Below are positions 36,955-47,243 of a DNA stretch of 64,000 nucleotides, piece by piece. The translations under genes were made by a program, and so were the position numbers. Numbering within the stretch: position 1 is the first letter of the stretch; each line of letters begins with the position of its first letter. Source of the DNA: Candidatus Multivorans sp. Lineage in GTDB: Bacteria > Acidobacteriota > Thermoanaerobaculia > Multivoradales > Multivoraceae. The notes below the pieces were generated by a model. It was not told the origin of the DNA and did no database searches. It worked only from the letters and a program-made list of their open reading frames with translations. The DNA lies in assembly GCA_965247095.1 (NCBI GenBank), contig OZ251997.1, positions 2,720,001 to 2,784,000 of the forward strand. Direction: 5' to 3'.

Positions 36955-38478
36955 CTAGCCGGCGTAGCGGTTCGGGTCGATGCCGTACTTCTGGATCTTG
37001 TAGCCGGTGATCCGCGGCGTGGTGTGCAGCTTGCGCGACGCGGCCGCGATGTTCCCGCGGGCGCTCTTCAGGGCGTCGCGCAGGAGGTCGCGCTCGTAGT
37101 TCTCGACCAGGTAACGGAAGCTGCCCGGCGGCTCGGTGCCGGAACTCTCCGCGGTCTGAAGGGTCGGCGGCAGGTGGTGGGGGTGGATCACGTCGTTCCT
37201 TGCCACCAGGACCGCGCGTTCGATGCAGCTCTCGAGCTCCCGCACGTTGCCGGGCCAGTGATAGCTCATCAACATGTCGATCGCGGCGCTTGAGAGCCGG
37301 CGCACATTGGCGCCGTTGGCGCGCACGTAACGCTCCAGGAAGAAGTCGGCCAGTTGGACGATGTCCGACTTGCGCTTGCGCAGCGGCGGGACGTGGATGG
37401 GGAACACGTTCAGGCGGTAGAACAGGTCCTCCCGGAACTCGCCGTGCGCGGTCATGTCGGACAGGTTCTTGTTGGTGGCGGCGATGATCCGCACATCCGC
37501 CTTCAGGGTGCGGCTGCCGCCGACTCGTTCGAACTCCCGCTCCTGCAGCACCCGCAGCATCTTGATCTGGATCAGCAGGGGCACGTCGCCGACTTCGTCG
37601 AGGAAGATGGTGCCGGTGTGGGCCAGCTCGAAACGGCCCTTGCGTTGATTGATCGCACCGGTGAATGCGCCGCGCTCGTGGCCGAAAAGCTCGCTCTCGA
37701 TCACGCTCTCGGGAAGCGCCGCGCAGTGGACCTTGACGAAGGGCCGGGTGGCGCGGGCGCTGCTGTAGTGGATCGCCTGCGCCACGAGTTCCTTGCCGGT
37801 GCCCGTCTCGCCGGTGATCAGAACGCTCGTGTTGCTGCCTGAGACGATGGCGATCTGGTCGTACACCTCCTGCATCTCGTGCGAGTTGCCGACGATGTTG
37901 GCGGGTCGGAAGCGGTCGCGGAGTTGGACGCGCAGGCGCTCGTTCTCCTCCTCGAGCTGCTCCTTCTCCTCCTCGGCAGTGCGGCGCAGCTTGACCGCCT
38001 GGGCGATCAGGGCGCCGGCGATCAGGAGCACGCGGACGTCACCCTTCAGATCGTGGTCCGGGTCGTAGGACCGATCGACGCTGAGCGCGCCGTAGGTCTC
38101 GTTGCCCGTGCGAATGGGCACGCAAACGAAGGAGACCTCCGCGTTCGTGCCGCGACGGGTGCGGTCGAGGAAGATCTCGGACTCACTCGTCTTCGGGATC
38201 ACTTGGGGCTCGCCGGTCTCGATCACCTTGCCGGTGACGCCCTCGCCCAGGCGATAGCGGACCTGGGAGGTCTGCTGGCCGCTCAGTCCGTGGGCGACCT
38301 CGATGTGGATCTCGCCGGTCTTCCGGTTGAGCAGCGTGATCGTGCCGTGCTTCAGATTCAGGTGCTCGGCCAGCGTTGCGAGCGCGGGGTGGGTCACGTC
38401 ACGCAGCTCGAGGCTCCCGCCGAGCGTCTGGCTCAGGCGGTAGAGGAGTTCCAGTTCCCTGGGTTCGCGCGAGTTCAC
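36955..38478 (-). CDS. NifA-like sigma-54-dependent activator (GAF-AAA+-HTH)
   Basis: GAF region (GEGVTGKV), GETGTGKE, GAFTGA, FLDEVG, WPGNVREL and a Fis-type HTH. Start is GTG 38478 or ATG 38517. Confidence 0.93.
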   Translation of the reverse strand: MNSREPRELELLYRLSQTLGGSLELRDVTHPALATLAEHLNLKHGTITLLNRKTGEIHIEVAHGLSGQQTSQVRYRLGEGVTGKVIETGEPQVIPKTSESEIFLDRTRRGTNAEVSFVCVPIRTGNETYGALSVDRSYDPDHDLKGDVRVLLIAGALIAQAVKLRRTAEEEKEQLEEENERLRVQLRDRFRPANIVGNSHEMQEVYDQIAIVSGSNTSVLITGETGTGKELVAQAIHYSSARATRPFVKVHCAALPESVIESELFGHERGAFTGAINQRKGRFELAHTGTIFLDEVGDVPLLIQIKMLRVLQEREFERVGGSRTLKADVRIIAATNKNLSDMTAHGEFREDLFYRLNVFPIHVPPLRKRKSDIVQLADFFLERYVRANGANVRRLSSAAIDMLMSYHWPGNVRELESCIERAVLVARNDVIHPHHLPPTLQTAESSGTEPPGSFRYLVENYERDLLRDALKSARGNIAAASRKLHTTPRITGYKIQKYGIDPNRYAG

Positions 38479-38479
38479 A

Positions 38480-38515
38480 ACTGTCCAGCCCACTGTCCAG
38501 CCCACTGTCCAGCCC
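38480..38515. repeat. 12-bp perfect tandem repeat x3
   Basis: (ACTGTCCAGCCC)3. Confidence 0.95.
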
Positions 38516-38693
38516 ATCGCCGCTGCAGTCGGGACGCAACTCGCCTATGCCGGAAACGGGATCCGAGATGGTAGGGCGCCAACCTCGGAATCGCGGCCGA
38601 CGTCTCCCTCCTTCGGCGGCGAACCTTCGTTGCCTTCGGCGCGAATCCTGTCACAGCCTGAGTGCGGGCCGCGATAGTTTCGGATCGAGCTTC

Positions 38694-39809
38694 ATGAGTA
38701 ATCGACCCTCCCATCCTGCCGGCAGCGTGCGCCGCCCGACCGAGTTCGCCGACGGGCAGGGACTGGAACCCCTCGAACCGCTCGATCTCGGCGCCGTCGG
38801 GTCCTTCTCGGATCTGCTCGCGGCAATGAAGTCGACTTCCTTCGGAGGCCGTCAGCTTGGCGAGGCGGCGGACGTGCTCCATGACATGGCGGCGGACCCG
38901 GACTGCCTGGTGGTCGGCACCTTCACCGGCGCGATGACCGCGGCCAAGCAGGGGCTCGTCCTCTGCGACATGATCGACCACGGGCTGCTCGACGCGATCG
39001 TCTGTACCGGGGCCCTGATGGTCCATGGCTTCGTCGAATCCGCCGGGATGATCCACTTCAAGGTTCCGGCGGGCGATGGCGCCCTCGATGACCGCTCCGC
39101 GTACTACGCCGGTTTCGACCGCATCTACGACACGCTGGAGCTGGAGAGCAACCTGGACCGCGTGGAGCTCATCGTCCACGCGATCCTGGAGCAGTGGCTT
39201 GAAGGCGAGGTCGCCTGTTCGCGCACCCTGAATAGGGCGTTCGGGCGGTGGCTGAGCGAGGGCGAGGGTTCGCCGGCAAAGGCAGAGCCGGGGGAGAGCC
39301 GGCCGGTGCGCGGTGTGCTGTCCTCAGCCTGGCGCCGCGGCGTCCCGGTCTACGTGCCCGCGTTCACCGACTCGGAGATCGGTCTCGACTTCGCGCTCTT
39401 CAACCGCGTGCGCCGCCGGCGCGGGCGGGCGCCGGTCCAGTTCGATCCGTTCCTGGACCTGGAGCACTACACGGAGCTCGTCGCGGGTGCGAAGCGGCTC
39501 GGCATCTTCACGATCGGTGGCGGCGTGCCGCGGAACTGGGCGCAGCAGGTGGCGCCGTACCTCGAGGCCGCGGCGCGCCGGGACGGCGAAGAAGCCGAGC
39601 CCCAGCGTTTCCGCTACGGCGTCCGCATCTGCCCGGAACCGGAGCACTGGGGCGGCCTTTCCGGCTGCGGCTACAGCGAGGGCGTGTCCTGGGGCAAGTT
39701 CGTGCCCGTCTCCGAGGGCGGCCGCTTCGCGGAAGTGCCCGCCGACGCCACCCTGGTGTGGCCGCTCCTCGTCGCCGGGGTGCTAGAGCGCCTGGGCGTG
39801 CGCAGCTAG
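38694..39809 (+). CDS. deoxyhypusine synthase-like protein (possible homospermidine synthase)
   Basis: TSFGGRQLGEA, PAFTDSEIG, GGGVPRNW, GGLSG and SEGVSWGK (catalytic Lys). Confidence 0.9.
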   Translation: MSNRPSHPAGSVRRPTEFADGQGLEPLEPLDLGAVGSFSDLLAAMKSTSFGGRQLGEAADVLHDMAADPDCLVVGTFTGAMTAAKQGLVLCDMIDHGLLDAIVCTGALMVHGFVESAGMIHFKVPAGDGALDDRSAYYAGFDRIYDTLELESNLDRVELIVHAILEQWLEGEVACSRTLNRAFGRWLSEGEGSPAKAEPGESRPVRGVLSSAWRRGVPVYVPAFTDSEIGLDFALFNRVRRRRGRAPVQFDPFLDLEHYTELVAGAKRLGIFTIGGGVPRNWAQQVAPYLEAAARRDGEEAEPQRFRYGVRICPEPEHWGGLSGCGYSEGVSWGKFVPVSEGGRFAEVPADATLVWPLLVAGVLERLGVRS

Positions 39810-39894
39810 CGCAGTTTCGTTGCGCGCCCTAGTCGAGCTTGACGGCGGTGCCGATCGCCGGAGTCCGCCATCGTCTTCTCCCTTGTTGCCGCTC

Positions 39895-40560
39895 TCAGAC
39901 CGCCTGGCTCGCCGGTAGCTCGTGTCCCGTCTGACAGGTCACGCCGGTACCGCCGAGGCCGCAGTATCCGCCGGGGTTCTTCGCCAGGTACTGCTGGTGG
40001 TAGTCCTCGGCGAAGTAGAAATCGGGCGCCTTGAGGATCTCGGTCGTGATCCGGCCGAAGCGGGCGGCGGAGAGCCGCTCCTGGTAGGCCCCGAGGGACG
40101 CCTCCGCGGCCCGCCGCTGGTCCGCAGAGTAGACATAGACGCCGGAGCGGTACTGGGTGCCGATGTCGTTCCCCTGGCGCATGCCCTCGGTTGGGTCGTG
40201 GCTCTCCCAGAAGATGCGGAGCAGCTCCTCGTACGAGGTCCGTTCGGGGTCGAACACCACGCGGACGACCTCGTTGTGACCGGTCATGCCGCTGCAGACC
40301 TCGCGGTAGGTGGGGTTCGGCGTCGCCCCGGCGGCGTAGCCGACCGCGGTCGTCATCACGCCGGGAGCCTCCCAGAACTTGCGCTCGGCGCCCCAGAAGC
40401 AGCCGAGGCCGAACATCGCCAGCTCGCTGCCTTCCGGGTACGGGGGCCGCAGTGGCGCGTCGAGCACCCAGTGGCGTGGGGGGACGGGCACGGTCTCGGC
40501 GCGGCCCGGAAGCGCCTCGCCCCGCTTGGGTATGCGGGTCTTGTCGAAGAACCAACTCAT
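39895..40560 (-). CDS. msrA: peptide methionine sulfoxide reductase A
   Basis: [35 protein letters not shown] and AEDYHQQYL. Confidence 0.96.
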   Translation of the reverse strand: MSWFFDKTRIPKRGEALPGRAETVPVPPRHWVLDAPLRPPYPEGSELAMFGLGCFWGAERKFWEAPGVMTTAVGYAAGATPNPTYREVCSGMTGHNEVVRVVFDPERTSYEELLRIFWESHDPTEGMRQGNDIGTQYRSGVYVYSADQRRAAEASLGAYQERLSAARFGRITTEILKAPDFYFAEDYHQQYLAKNPGGYCGLGGTGVTCQTGHELPASQAV

Positions 40561-40598
40561 GGGAGGGGATTGTAGCCCCCGCGGCTCAGGCTGGCGCG

Positions 40599-41309
40599 CT
40601 ACTCGCCGGCCGGCGACGTCTTCCCGAACAGGTGCTTGCGGGCCTCCTCGTCGGGCCCCTTGCCGGCGCCGCTGCCGAGACCGCGAGTGTCGCGGCCGAC
40701 CTCGAAACCTCGGCGGAGCGCCGGCCGCCCCTTGAGCGCGTCGTACCAGCGGCGCAGGTGACGGTACTGATCCAGGTCGATCCCCTGGCTCTTGTAGGTC
40801 AACACCCAGGGCCAGCTCATCATGTCGGCGATCGAGTACTCGCCGCAGATGTGTTCGCGGCCGTCCAGTTGGCCGTCCAGCACGGCGAAAAGGCGTAGCA
40901 CTTCGTTCCGGTAGCGCTCGATCGCGTAGTCGAGCTTTTCCGGTGCGTAGCGTATGAAGTGATTGTGCTGGCCCAGCATCGGGCCGAGATTGCCCGTCTG
41001 CCACATCACCCACTGCGTCACGTCGTAGCGCTCGCGGGCGCCCCGGGGCAGGAACCGGCCGCTCTTCTCCGCCAGGTAGAGGAGGATGGCGCCGGACTCG
41101 AACATCGCCAGCGGCTCGCCGCCGCCCAGAGGTTCGTGGTCGATGATCGCCGGCATCCGGTTGTTCGGGCTGATGCGCAGGAACTCCGGTTTGAACTGGT
41201 CCCCGCGACCGATGTTGACGGGCACGACGCGGTAGGGCAGTTCCATCTCCTCGAGCGCTATCGAGGCCTTCCAGCCGTTCGGAGTGGGCCAGTAGTAGAG
41301 GTCGATCAT
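40599..41309 (-). CDS. glutathione S-transferase family disulfide-bond oxidoreductase (YfcG/YghU-like)
   Basis: [30 protein letters not shown] and YSIADM. Confidence 0.92.
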   Translation of the reverse strand: MIDLYYWPTPNGWKASIALEEMELPYRVVPVNIGRGDQFKPEFLRISPNNRMPAIIDHEPLGGGEPLAMFESGAILLYLAEKSGRFLPRGARERYDVTQWVMWQTGNLGPMLGQHNHFIRYAPEKLDYAIERYRNEVLRLFAVLDGQLDGREHICGEYSIADMMSWPWVLTYKSQGIDLDQYRHLRRWYDALKGRPALRRGFEVGRDTRGLGSGAGKGPDEEARKHLFGKTSPAGE

Positions 41310-41408
41310 GCGGCGCAAGATAGCAGCGGCGGCGCGCTCTCCGGCGGAGCGCCCGCCTCCACTAAGGGGAGTGGTACCGTCTGATGCTGCCTTGGAGGTA
41401 ACCAAGTA

Positions 41409-43172
41409 GTGACAGAGCCGCCAGCACCACTCGACGAACGGGTGCTGGCTCTTGAAGCCCGCGTGCTCGAACTGCAGCGCGAGGTGGCGGCCCTGCGGAG
41501 CGCCGGCGAAGAGGGGCCGTCGCAATCGGCGCCGGCGGCGTCGGACATTCCCGACTCGGCTGCCGCGCGGCCATGGGGCACCTCGAAACCCAAGCCCGCT
41601 GCAAGGCGCAACGTCGACCTGGAGGCTCTCATCGGCGGCCGCTGGCTGAACCGTCTCGGCATCCTCACGCTCCTCCTCGCCGCCGCCTTCTTCCTCCGCT
41701 ACGCGTTCGAGAACGAGTGGATCGGGCCGACGGGAAGAGTCCTGATCGGCCTGGTCAGCGGCATCGCTTTTGCCGGCTACGGAGAGTGGCTCGCGGCGCG
41801 GGGCATGCGCTACTTTTCCGAGGGGATGACGGCCCTCGGCGCCGGTGTCGTCTACCTCTCCGGCTACGCCGCCTGGGAGTTCTATGCCCTGGTGCCGCAG
41901 CCGGTGGCGTTCGCCTTCCTCGCCCTGGTCACGGCGGGCGTCATTGCGCTGTCGGTGCGCCGCGACTCCCAGCGCCTGGCGGCCCTCGCGCTTGCCGCCG
42001 GCTACCTGACGCCGGCCCTGCTGAGCACCGGCGAGGACGCGCAGGTCGTGCTCTTCAGTTACCTCGCGCTCCTCAGCGCCAGCCTGCTGACCCTGGCTCT
42101 CGTGCGCGGCTTCCACGCCTTGGCGCCGGCCGCTCTGACCGCGACCGTCGTCTACTTCGTTGCCTGGTCGCTGCAGTTCTACGACCCCGATCGGCTGGTC
42201 TCGACCGCTCTCTTCGGGACGCTGTTCTACGCCATCTACACCGCGCTCCCGCTTGCCCGAGCCCGGCTGGCCCGCCGCCTGCGCCCGAGCGAAATCGGTG
42301 TGCTGGCGGCGACGCTCGGCTTCTACGTGCTGCTGCTCCAGCAGCTTCTGTACGACGAGCACCGCTGGCTGCTGACCGGCGCCGTTCTGCTCCTGGCGGC
42401 GCTCCATCTGGCGATCCCTCGCGCGCTCGGAAGCTGGAACGCGGCCGAAGGGCGCCGTGCCCTTCACCTGCAGCAGCTCTTCGGCGTCCTGGCCGCGCTC
42501 CTGGCCACGATCGCCTTCCCGATCCGGCTTGAAGGCGACTGGATCACGATCGCGTGGACCGCCGAAGCCGTCGCGCTGGCAATCGCCGGGGCGCGCCTGC
42601 CGTCGCTGTGGATGCGCGCGTTCTCGGTTGTGCTCTTCGCCGTCGTCCTGTTGATGACGCCGCAGGCCCTCCTCGGTTCGGCCGATCGGGACCTGCTCGT
42701 CAACCTCCGCTTCCTCACCCTGGCCGGCGCGGCGACCGGGCTCGCCGTTGCCGCGCTCTACGTGCGCCGCCGCCTGAAGGTCAAGGTACGGATGGAGGGT
42801 GGGCTATGGGCTGGCGCTCTGGTCATCGCCAATCTGCTCGCGCTGGTCGGCGTGTCGCTCGAGGCTTGGGACTTCGTCCAGGGACTCAGCCTCGATCTCG
42901 ACCTGGACCTCGCCGCCCAGGTCGTCCTGTCGGCGCTGTGGCTGCTGTGGGCGGCCGCGCTGATCGCCGCCGGCATCCGTCGCAGCGCCCCCGGCCTGCG
43001 CTGGCAGGGTCTGGCGCTCCTTCTGGTCGTCGTCGCCAAGACCTTTCTCGTCGACCTGTCCTTCCTGGACCAGGGCTACCGGATCCTCTCCTTCCTGATC
43101 GTCGGCGCGCTGCTGGTGGCCGTTTCCTTCCTCTACCAGCGCATCCGGCGGGGGGATCCCTCGATAGAATGA
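41409..43172 (+). CDS. DUF2339-like polytopic membrane protein
   Basis: LEALIGGRWLNRLG...FFLRYAFENEWIGP, many TM segments, and C-terminal KTFLVDL...RILSF. Confidence 0.8.
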   Translation: MTEPPAPLDERVLALEARVLELQREVAALRSAGEEGPSQSAPAASDIPDSAAARPWGTSKPKPAARRNVDLEALIGGRWLNRLGILTLLLAAAFFLRYAFENEWIGPTGRVLIGLVSGIAFAGYGEWLAARGMRYFSEGMTALGAGVVYLSGYAAWEFYALVPQPVAFAFLALVTAGVIALSVRRDSQRLAALALAAGYLTPALLSTGEDAQVVLFSYLALLSASLLTLALVRGFHALAPAALTATVVYFVAWSLQFYDPDRLVSTALFGTLFYAIYTALPLARARLARRLRPSEIGVLAATLGFYVLLLQQLLYDEHRWLLTGAVLLLAALHLAIPRALGSWNAAEGRRALHLQQLFGVLAALLATIAFPIRLEGDWITIAWTAEAVALAIAGARLPSLWMRAFSVVLFAVVLLMTPQALLGSADRDLLVNLRFLTLAGAATGLAVAALYVRRRLKVKVRMEGGLWAGALVIANLLALVGVSLEAWDFVQGLSLDLDLDLAAQVVLSALWLLWAAALIAAGIRRSAPGLRWQGLALLLVVVAKTFLVDLSFLDQGYRILSFLIVGALLVAVSFLYQRIRRGDPSIE

Positions 43173-43241
43173 GCCCGTGCGCTTCCCTGCAGCGGTCGAG
43201 CGGCTAGGCACGGAAGCGCGAAGCCGCGTGGAGGCTGCGCG

Positions 43242-44666
43242 TCACGACCTCACGTTGCGTGCGGCCTCGAGGACGCCGAATTCGGTCCCGAGCACGCGAT
43301 CCGCGAGGCGGAAGGCACGGGCTGCTTCCGGGGCCGAGGGTAGCCCGGGCTCGTTTCGATCCTGATCCAACGTGAAACTCACGAAGCCGCCGATGGGGCC
43401 GGGTCCGAACAGGATCGAGGCGTCCGCTTGTTCGCCGCGGGCGGCCTTGCGGTAGTCGTCGCCGTCTCTTCTGAGGTCGATCGTGCCGGTCTCCGTGAGC
43501 CTCCTGCGGATCGCCCTGCCGCCGCCGCATACGCGGTGGGCGTCGGTGGCCTCGACCACCGAGCGTTCGAGGAGTTCCGGCCGGTAGTCGAGCGGTTCGC
43601 CTTCGGCGATGGCCAGGCAGAGCGGCGTGAGCGGGAAGTCGCCGAGCGCGCCGGCCAGGGTGCTGATCCCGGCGCCGAGCCGTGGGTTGAGTTCCGTCGG
43701 AAGGAACCCCTCTTCGGCCAGGACGCCGTCGATGCTGAACGATCCGCGGAAGCCGACCCGGTCGCGCAACGCGGCGCCAACGCGGCGGGCGAGTTGGCGC
43801 ATGGTCTCGCGGTCTTCGGGGCTCGGGTCGAACCAAGTGGAGCAGCCGGCGTAGAGCAGGCGGTCGCCTGCCGCCGGACGGAGCACCAGCATCTCCACGG
43901 GGCGAAAGGTCGCCACTGCTTCCGGGAACACGATGCCGTGGATACTCGCTGAAATCCCCTCCAGGAAGGGCATGACGCGCACGCGGTCCGCAATCCGCGA
44001 CAGAGACGCCGCTGCCTCCCGTCCGTCGTCGCCGGGTCGGACCCAACGTAGCCCGATGGCGCCGGCGTGCGTGCCGTCCCGGGCGTCCGCTGCCCACACC
44101 GTGCCGTTGCCGCGATCCAGGGCGGCCGCCGCGGCTCGGAGCGCCTCGTACTCGGCGGGGACGATCCGCAACGGCGCGCGCGGCACCCCGACCGTGTCCC
44201 AGAAGGCGTCGATCGCCACCTTGTCTTCGAGTGCCCTCCATGCCTGTGGGCGGGGTGCGTAGGCACTTCGCCCGGCCACCGGCTGAGGGTCGGCGAGCGG
44301 GTCCGTGTGCAGGGTCCGGGCCGTGCCGTCCGGGTCCCAGGCGTCGACGGCGCGCTGGACTTCGGGCGGGAGGTCTGCCAGCGCGCGGTCCAGTCTTCGC
44401 TGGTGATCGACGGGATCCTCGCCGGTGACTTCGAGCACCCGCAGTTCCGCTTCTTCTCTCGGCGGCACGGCGCCTGTTCCTCTGCTGCCCGCGATCAGAA
44501 ACGGTCGTGCCACGCCGAGCGGTCCGAGTTGACGGGCCACGTTGCCGAGGAGGACTGCGATGATCCCCGGTAGGACGAACTTGTGGCCGGCGAAGACCGG
44601 CCGGAGCAGTTGCTCGTAGTACGCCCTCGCCTCGTCAAGGAGGGGCGGATTCTGCGTGTCGCTCAC
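43242..44666 (-). CDS. hypothetical protein, probable ATP-grasp fold
   Basis: LEDK, VMPFLEG and FSIDG...TELNPR. AAGGAG RBS before GTG 44666. Confidence 0.6.
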   Translation of the reverse strand: MSDTQNPPLLDEARAYYEQLLRPVFAGHKFVLPGIIAVLLGNVARQLGPLGVARPFLIAGSRGTGAVPPREEAELRVLEVTGEDPVDHQRRLDRALADLPPEVQRAVDAWDPDGTARTLHTDPLADPQPVAGRSAYAPRPQAWRALEDKVAIDAFWDTVGVPRAPLRIVPAEYEALRAAAAALDRGNGTVWAADARDGTHAGAIGLRWVRPGDDGREAAASLSRIADRVRVMPFLEGISASIHGIVFPEAVATFRPVEMLVLRPAAGDRLLYAGCSTWFDPSPEDRETMRQLARRVGAALRDRVGFRGSFSIDGVLAEEGFLPTELNPRLGAGISTLAGALGDFPLTPLCLAIAEGEPLDYRPELLERSVVEATDAHRVCGGGRAIRRRLTETGTIDLRRDGDDYRKAARGEQADASILFGPGPIGGFVSFTLDQDRNEPGLPSAPEAARAFRLADRVLGTEFGVLEAARNVRS

Positions 44667-44927
44667 GATCAAGCTCCTTCGGTGCCGGACGATCAAGAAC
44701 CGGAGGACTCATCGACAGGACGGCCACTCCGGCAGCGGAGAGGTCCGTCGGTGGATGTTCAGGATGTCGGACGGTGGCCGACGGGACGGACCTCTTCCCT
44801 GGCGCCGCACATCTGCATGGCGCCGGAAGTCAGGTTCTGCGTCGCGTGGGCCCTATCCATGGGCGGCGGACGTTAGCACGCGTGAGGCTCGATGGCGCGA
44901 GGATTCGCCGGAGCGTCGCTCCGCATC

Positions 44928-44954
44928 GGATGCGGGCGAGACGCCCGCGTTCCC
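44928..44954 (-). repeat. REP-like palindrome (family A)
   Basis: GGATGCGGGCGAGACGCCCGCGTTCCC, the reverse complement of 13083-13109. Confidence 0.8.
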
Positions 44955-45068
44955 TGAGCCGGAGGCGCCTACTCCGGCACCACGCCGACGTCTGCCGCGC
45001 ATCAATCCCGTGACGACGTTGCTGAACCCGATCGTATACTCGGCGCTCATGGCACATTGCTGACCAGC

Positions 45069-45761
45069 GTGCGCGAACAGACCCTCTACCCGCCGGTCAA
45101 GGCGTTCCTCGAGGCACAGGGCTATGCCGTCAAGGGAGAGGTCAACGGTTGCGACCTCGTCGCGATCCGGGGCGAGGAACCGGCGTTGGTTGTCGAACTG
45201 AAAACGAGTTTCTCCTTGCCGCTGGTGTTCCAGGGGATCGCGCGACAGGGCCTCTCCGACAACGTCTACCTCGCCGTTCCACCGTTCTCCGGCCGCACGA
45301 CCCGCCGCAAGGATGCACTGGCGCTGTGCCGCCGGCTCGGGCTCGGGCTGCTGACGGTCCGGCTTGAGCCCTCGCCGTTCGTGGAGGCGCTGCTCGACCC
45401 GGCGCCTTACCGGCCGCGCCGGCGCAAACGCAGCATCGAACGGTTGCTGCGGGAGTTCCAGCGCCGGGTGGGCGACGCGAACCAGGGTGGCTCGACCCGC
45501 CGTCCGATCATGACTGCCTACCGGCAGGACGCCCTGCGCTGCGCCGCCCATCTTCGCCTCAACGGTCCGACCAAGGCTGCCGTCGTCGCCAAGGCGGTCG
45601 GAGTCGCCCGGGCCAGGGCGATCATGTACGCCGATCACTACGGCTGGTTCGAACGCCCCGCCGATTCGCCTCGCGGTGTCTACGGCTTGACGCCGATGGG
45701 CCATGCGGCACTTGAGCGGTACGCCGATACCGTGGCGGCGCTGGAGCACGGCGACGAGTAG
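45069..45761 (+). CDS. DUF2161 family putative PD-(D/E)xK phosphodiesterase
   Basis: LYPPVKAFLEAQGYAVKGEV, CDLVA, VVELK, LCRRLGLG, MTAYRQDAL and YGWFER. Confidence 0.82.
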   Translation: MREQTLYPPVKAFLEAQGYAVKGEVNGCDLVAIRGEEPALVVELKTSFSLPLVFQGIARQGLSDNVYLAVPPFSGRTTRRKDALALCRRLGLGLLTVRLEPSPFVEALLDPAPYRPRRRKRSIERLLREFQRRVGDANQGGSTRRPIMTAYRQDALRCAAHLRLNGPTKAAVVAKAVGVARARAIMYADHYGWFERPADSPRGVYGLTPMGHAALERYADTVAALEHGDE

Positions 45762-45764
45762 CCT

Positions 45765-47117
45765 ATGAAGGTGACCAGCAAGCCCAGGAGCGGCCGGCTG
45801 TTCGAGGATGCCGGGGCATCGGGGACCGGGTCTGCCGCGCCGCTCGCCGACCGAATGCGGCCGGCCGCGTTCGACGAGTTCGTGGGCCAGCAGCACATCC
45901 TCGCCGAGGACAAGGTGCTGCGGCGATCGATCGAGGCGGACCGGGTGCCGTCGCTTCTGTTCTGGGGGCCGCCCGGCTCTGGCAAGACGACGTTGGCGCG
46001 GCTGATCGCCACCGTGACGAGCGCCCACTTCGAGCCGGTGAGCGCGGTATCGGCCGGCGTGGCGGACTTGCGCCGGGCCGTCGCCGGCGCACGGGAACTC
46101 CGGTCGCTCTACCAGCGCCCGACGATCCTGTTCGTCGACGAGATCCATCGCTTCAACAAAGCGCAGCAGGACGTGATCCTGCCCCACGTCGAGGACGGCA
46201 CGATCACCTTCATCGGGGCGACGACGGAGAACCCGTCCTTCGAGGTCAACGCGCCGCTCCTGTCCCGCTGCCGCGTGTTCACTCTGCACGCGCTGCACGC
46301 CGACGCGATGACCAGCATCGTTCAGCGTGCACTGAGTGACGAGAAGCGCGGGCTGGGACTACTGGCCCCGGAGTTGGACGCGGACGCCCTGTCGCACCTG
46401 GTGAACATCGCGAACGGAGACGCCCGCGTCGCCCTGAACGCCCTCGAGATGGCGGTCGTCGCGGCCGAGCCGGACTCCGACGGCGTGCGCCGGATCGGCG
46501 TCGAGGCCATATCGGACGCCCTGCAGCGACGGACCCCGCAGTACGACAAGGCCGGCGACAGCCACTACGACACGATCTCGGCCTTCATCAAGTCGGTGCG
46601 CGGCTCCTCGCCAGACGGCGCGCTCTACTGGCTGGCCAGGATGCTGGAGGCGGGCGAGGACCCTCTGTTCATCGCGCGGCGCCTGGTCATCCTGGCCGCC
46701 GAGGACATCGGGCTCGCGAACCCGGGAGCGCTGCCGGTCGCGGTCGCCGCCCAGCAGGCGGTTCATTTCATCGGGCTGCCCGAGGGCCGCATTCCCCTGG
46801 CCGAGGCGACTGTGTACCTGGCGACCTCGCCCAAGAGCAACGCCGCCTACGTGGCCCTCGGGCGCGCAACGGAGGACGTGCGGAACGCCCCGAACGAACC
46901 GGTGCCGCTGCACCTGCGCAACGCGCCCACGGGGCTGATGCGCAACATGGGCTACGGCGCGGGATACAAATACGGCCATGATGCCGAAGGGCACTTCGAG
47001 GCGCAGGAGTACCTGCCGCCCGGCCTGTCAGACCGCCGCTACTACGAGCCGTCGGACCAGGGTTCCGAGGCCGCCATTGCCGAGCGCCTGCGCCGCTGGT
47101 GGGGCGACGACGAGTAG
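45765..47117 (+). CDS. rarA: replication-associated recombination protein A
   Basis: [48 protein letters not shown] and [10 protein letters not shown]. Confidence 0.96.
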   Translation: MKVTSKPRSGRLFEDAGASGTGSAAPLADRMRPAAFDEFVGQQHILAEDKVLRRSIEADRVPSLLFWGPPGSGKTTLARLIATVTSAHFEPVSAVSAGVADLRRAVAGARELRSLYQRPTILFVDEIHRFNKAQQDVILPHVEDGTITFIGATTENPSFEVNAPLLSRCRVFTLHALHADAMTSIVQRALSDEKRGLGLLAPELDADALSHLVNIANGDARVALNALEMAVVAAEPDSDGVRRIGVEAISDALQRRTPQYDKAGDSHYDTISAFIKSVRGSSPDGALYWLARMLEAGEDPLFIARRLVILAAEDIGLANPGALPVAVAAQQAVHFIGLPEGRIPLAEATVYLATSPKSNAAYVALGRATEDVRNAPNEPVPLHLRNAPTGLMRNMGYGAGYKYGHDAEGHFEAQEYLPPGLSDRRYYEPSDQGSEAAIAERLRRWWGDDE

Positions 47118-47118
47118 C

Positions 47119-47243
47119 GGATGCGGGCGAGACGTGTCGGTCGTATGCACCCCTGGGAACCCGTGTGGCGCGACCCGCGCCACACGCGAACCACTCCGTG
47201 CGCCCGTCATCGGGCGCACGGATGGCACGCGGGCGTCTCGCCC
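47119..47243. repeat. composite repeat: family A half-sites flanking a complete family B double hairpin
   Basis: GGATGCGGGCGAGACG (47119), then GGGAACCC-GTGTGGCGCG-acc-CGCGCCACAC...TCCGTGCGCCCG-tcat-CGGGCGCACGGA-TGG, then CACGCGGGCGTCTCGCCC (ends 47243). Confidence 0.85.

Noticed and set aside
36955-38517. Nitrogen fixation locus
   Set aside because: The NifA-like architecture is shared by many activators, and no nif structural genes are in the window.
44700-44880. Possible Ser/Thr kinase remnant (VQDVG...CMAPE)
   Set aside because: The motifs are too short and degenerate to support a call.
45035-45063. TATACT followed by a 4-codon uORF (MAHC*) before DUF2161
   Set aside because: It could be a leaderless uORF, but it is too short to distinguish from chance.
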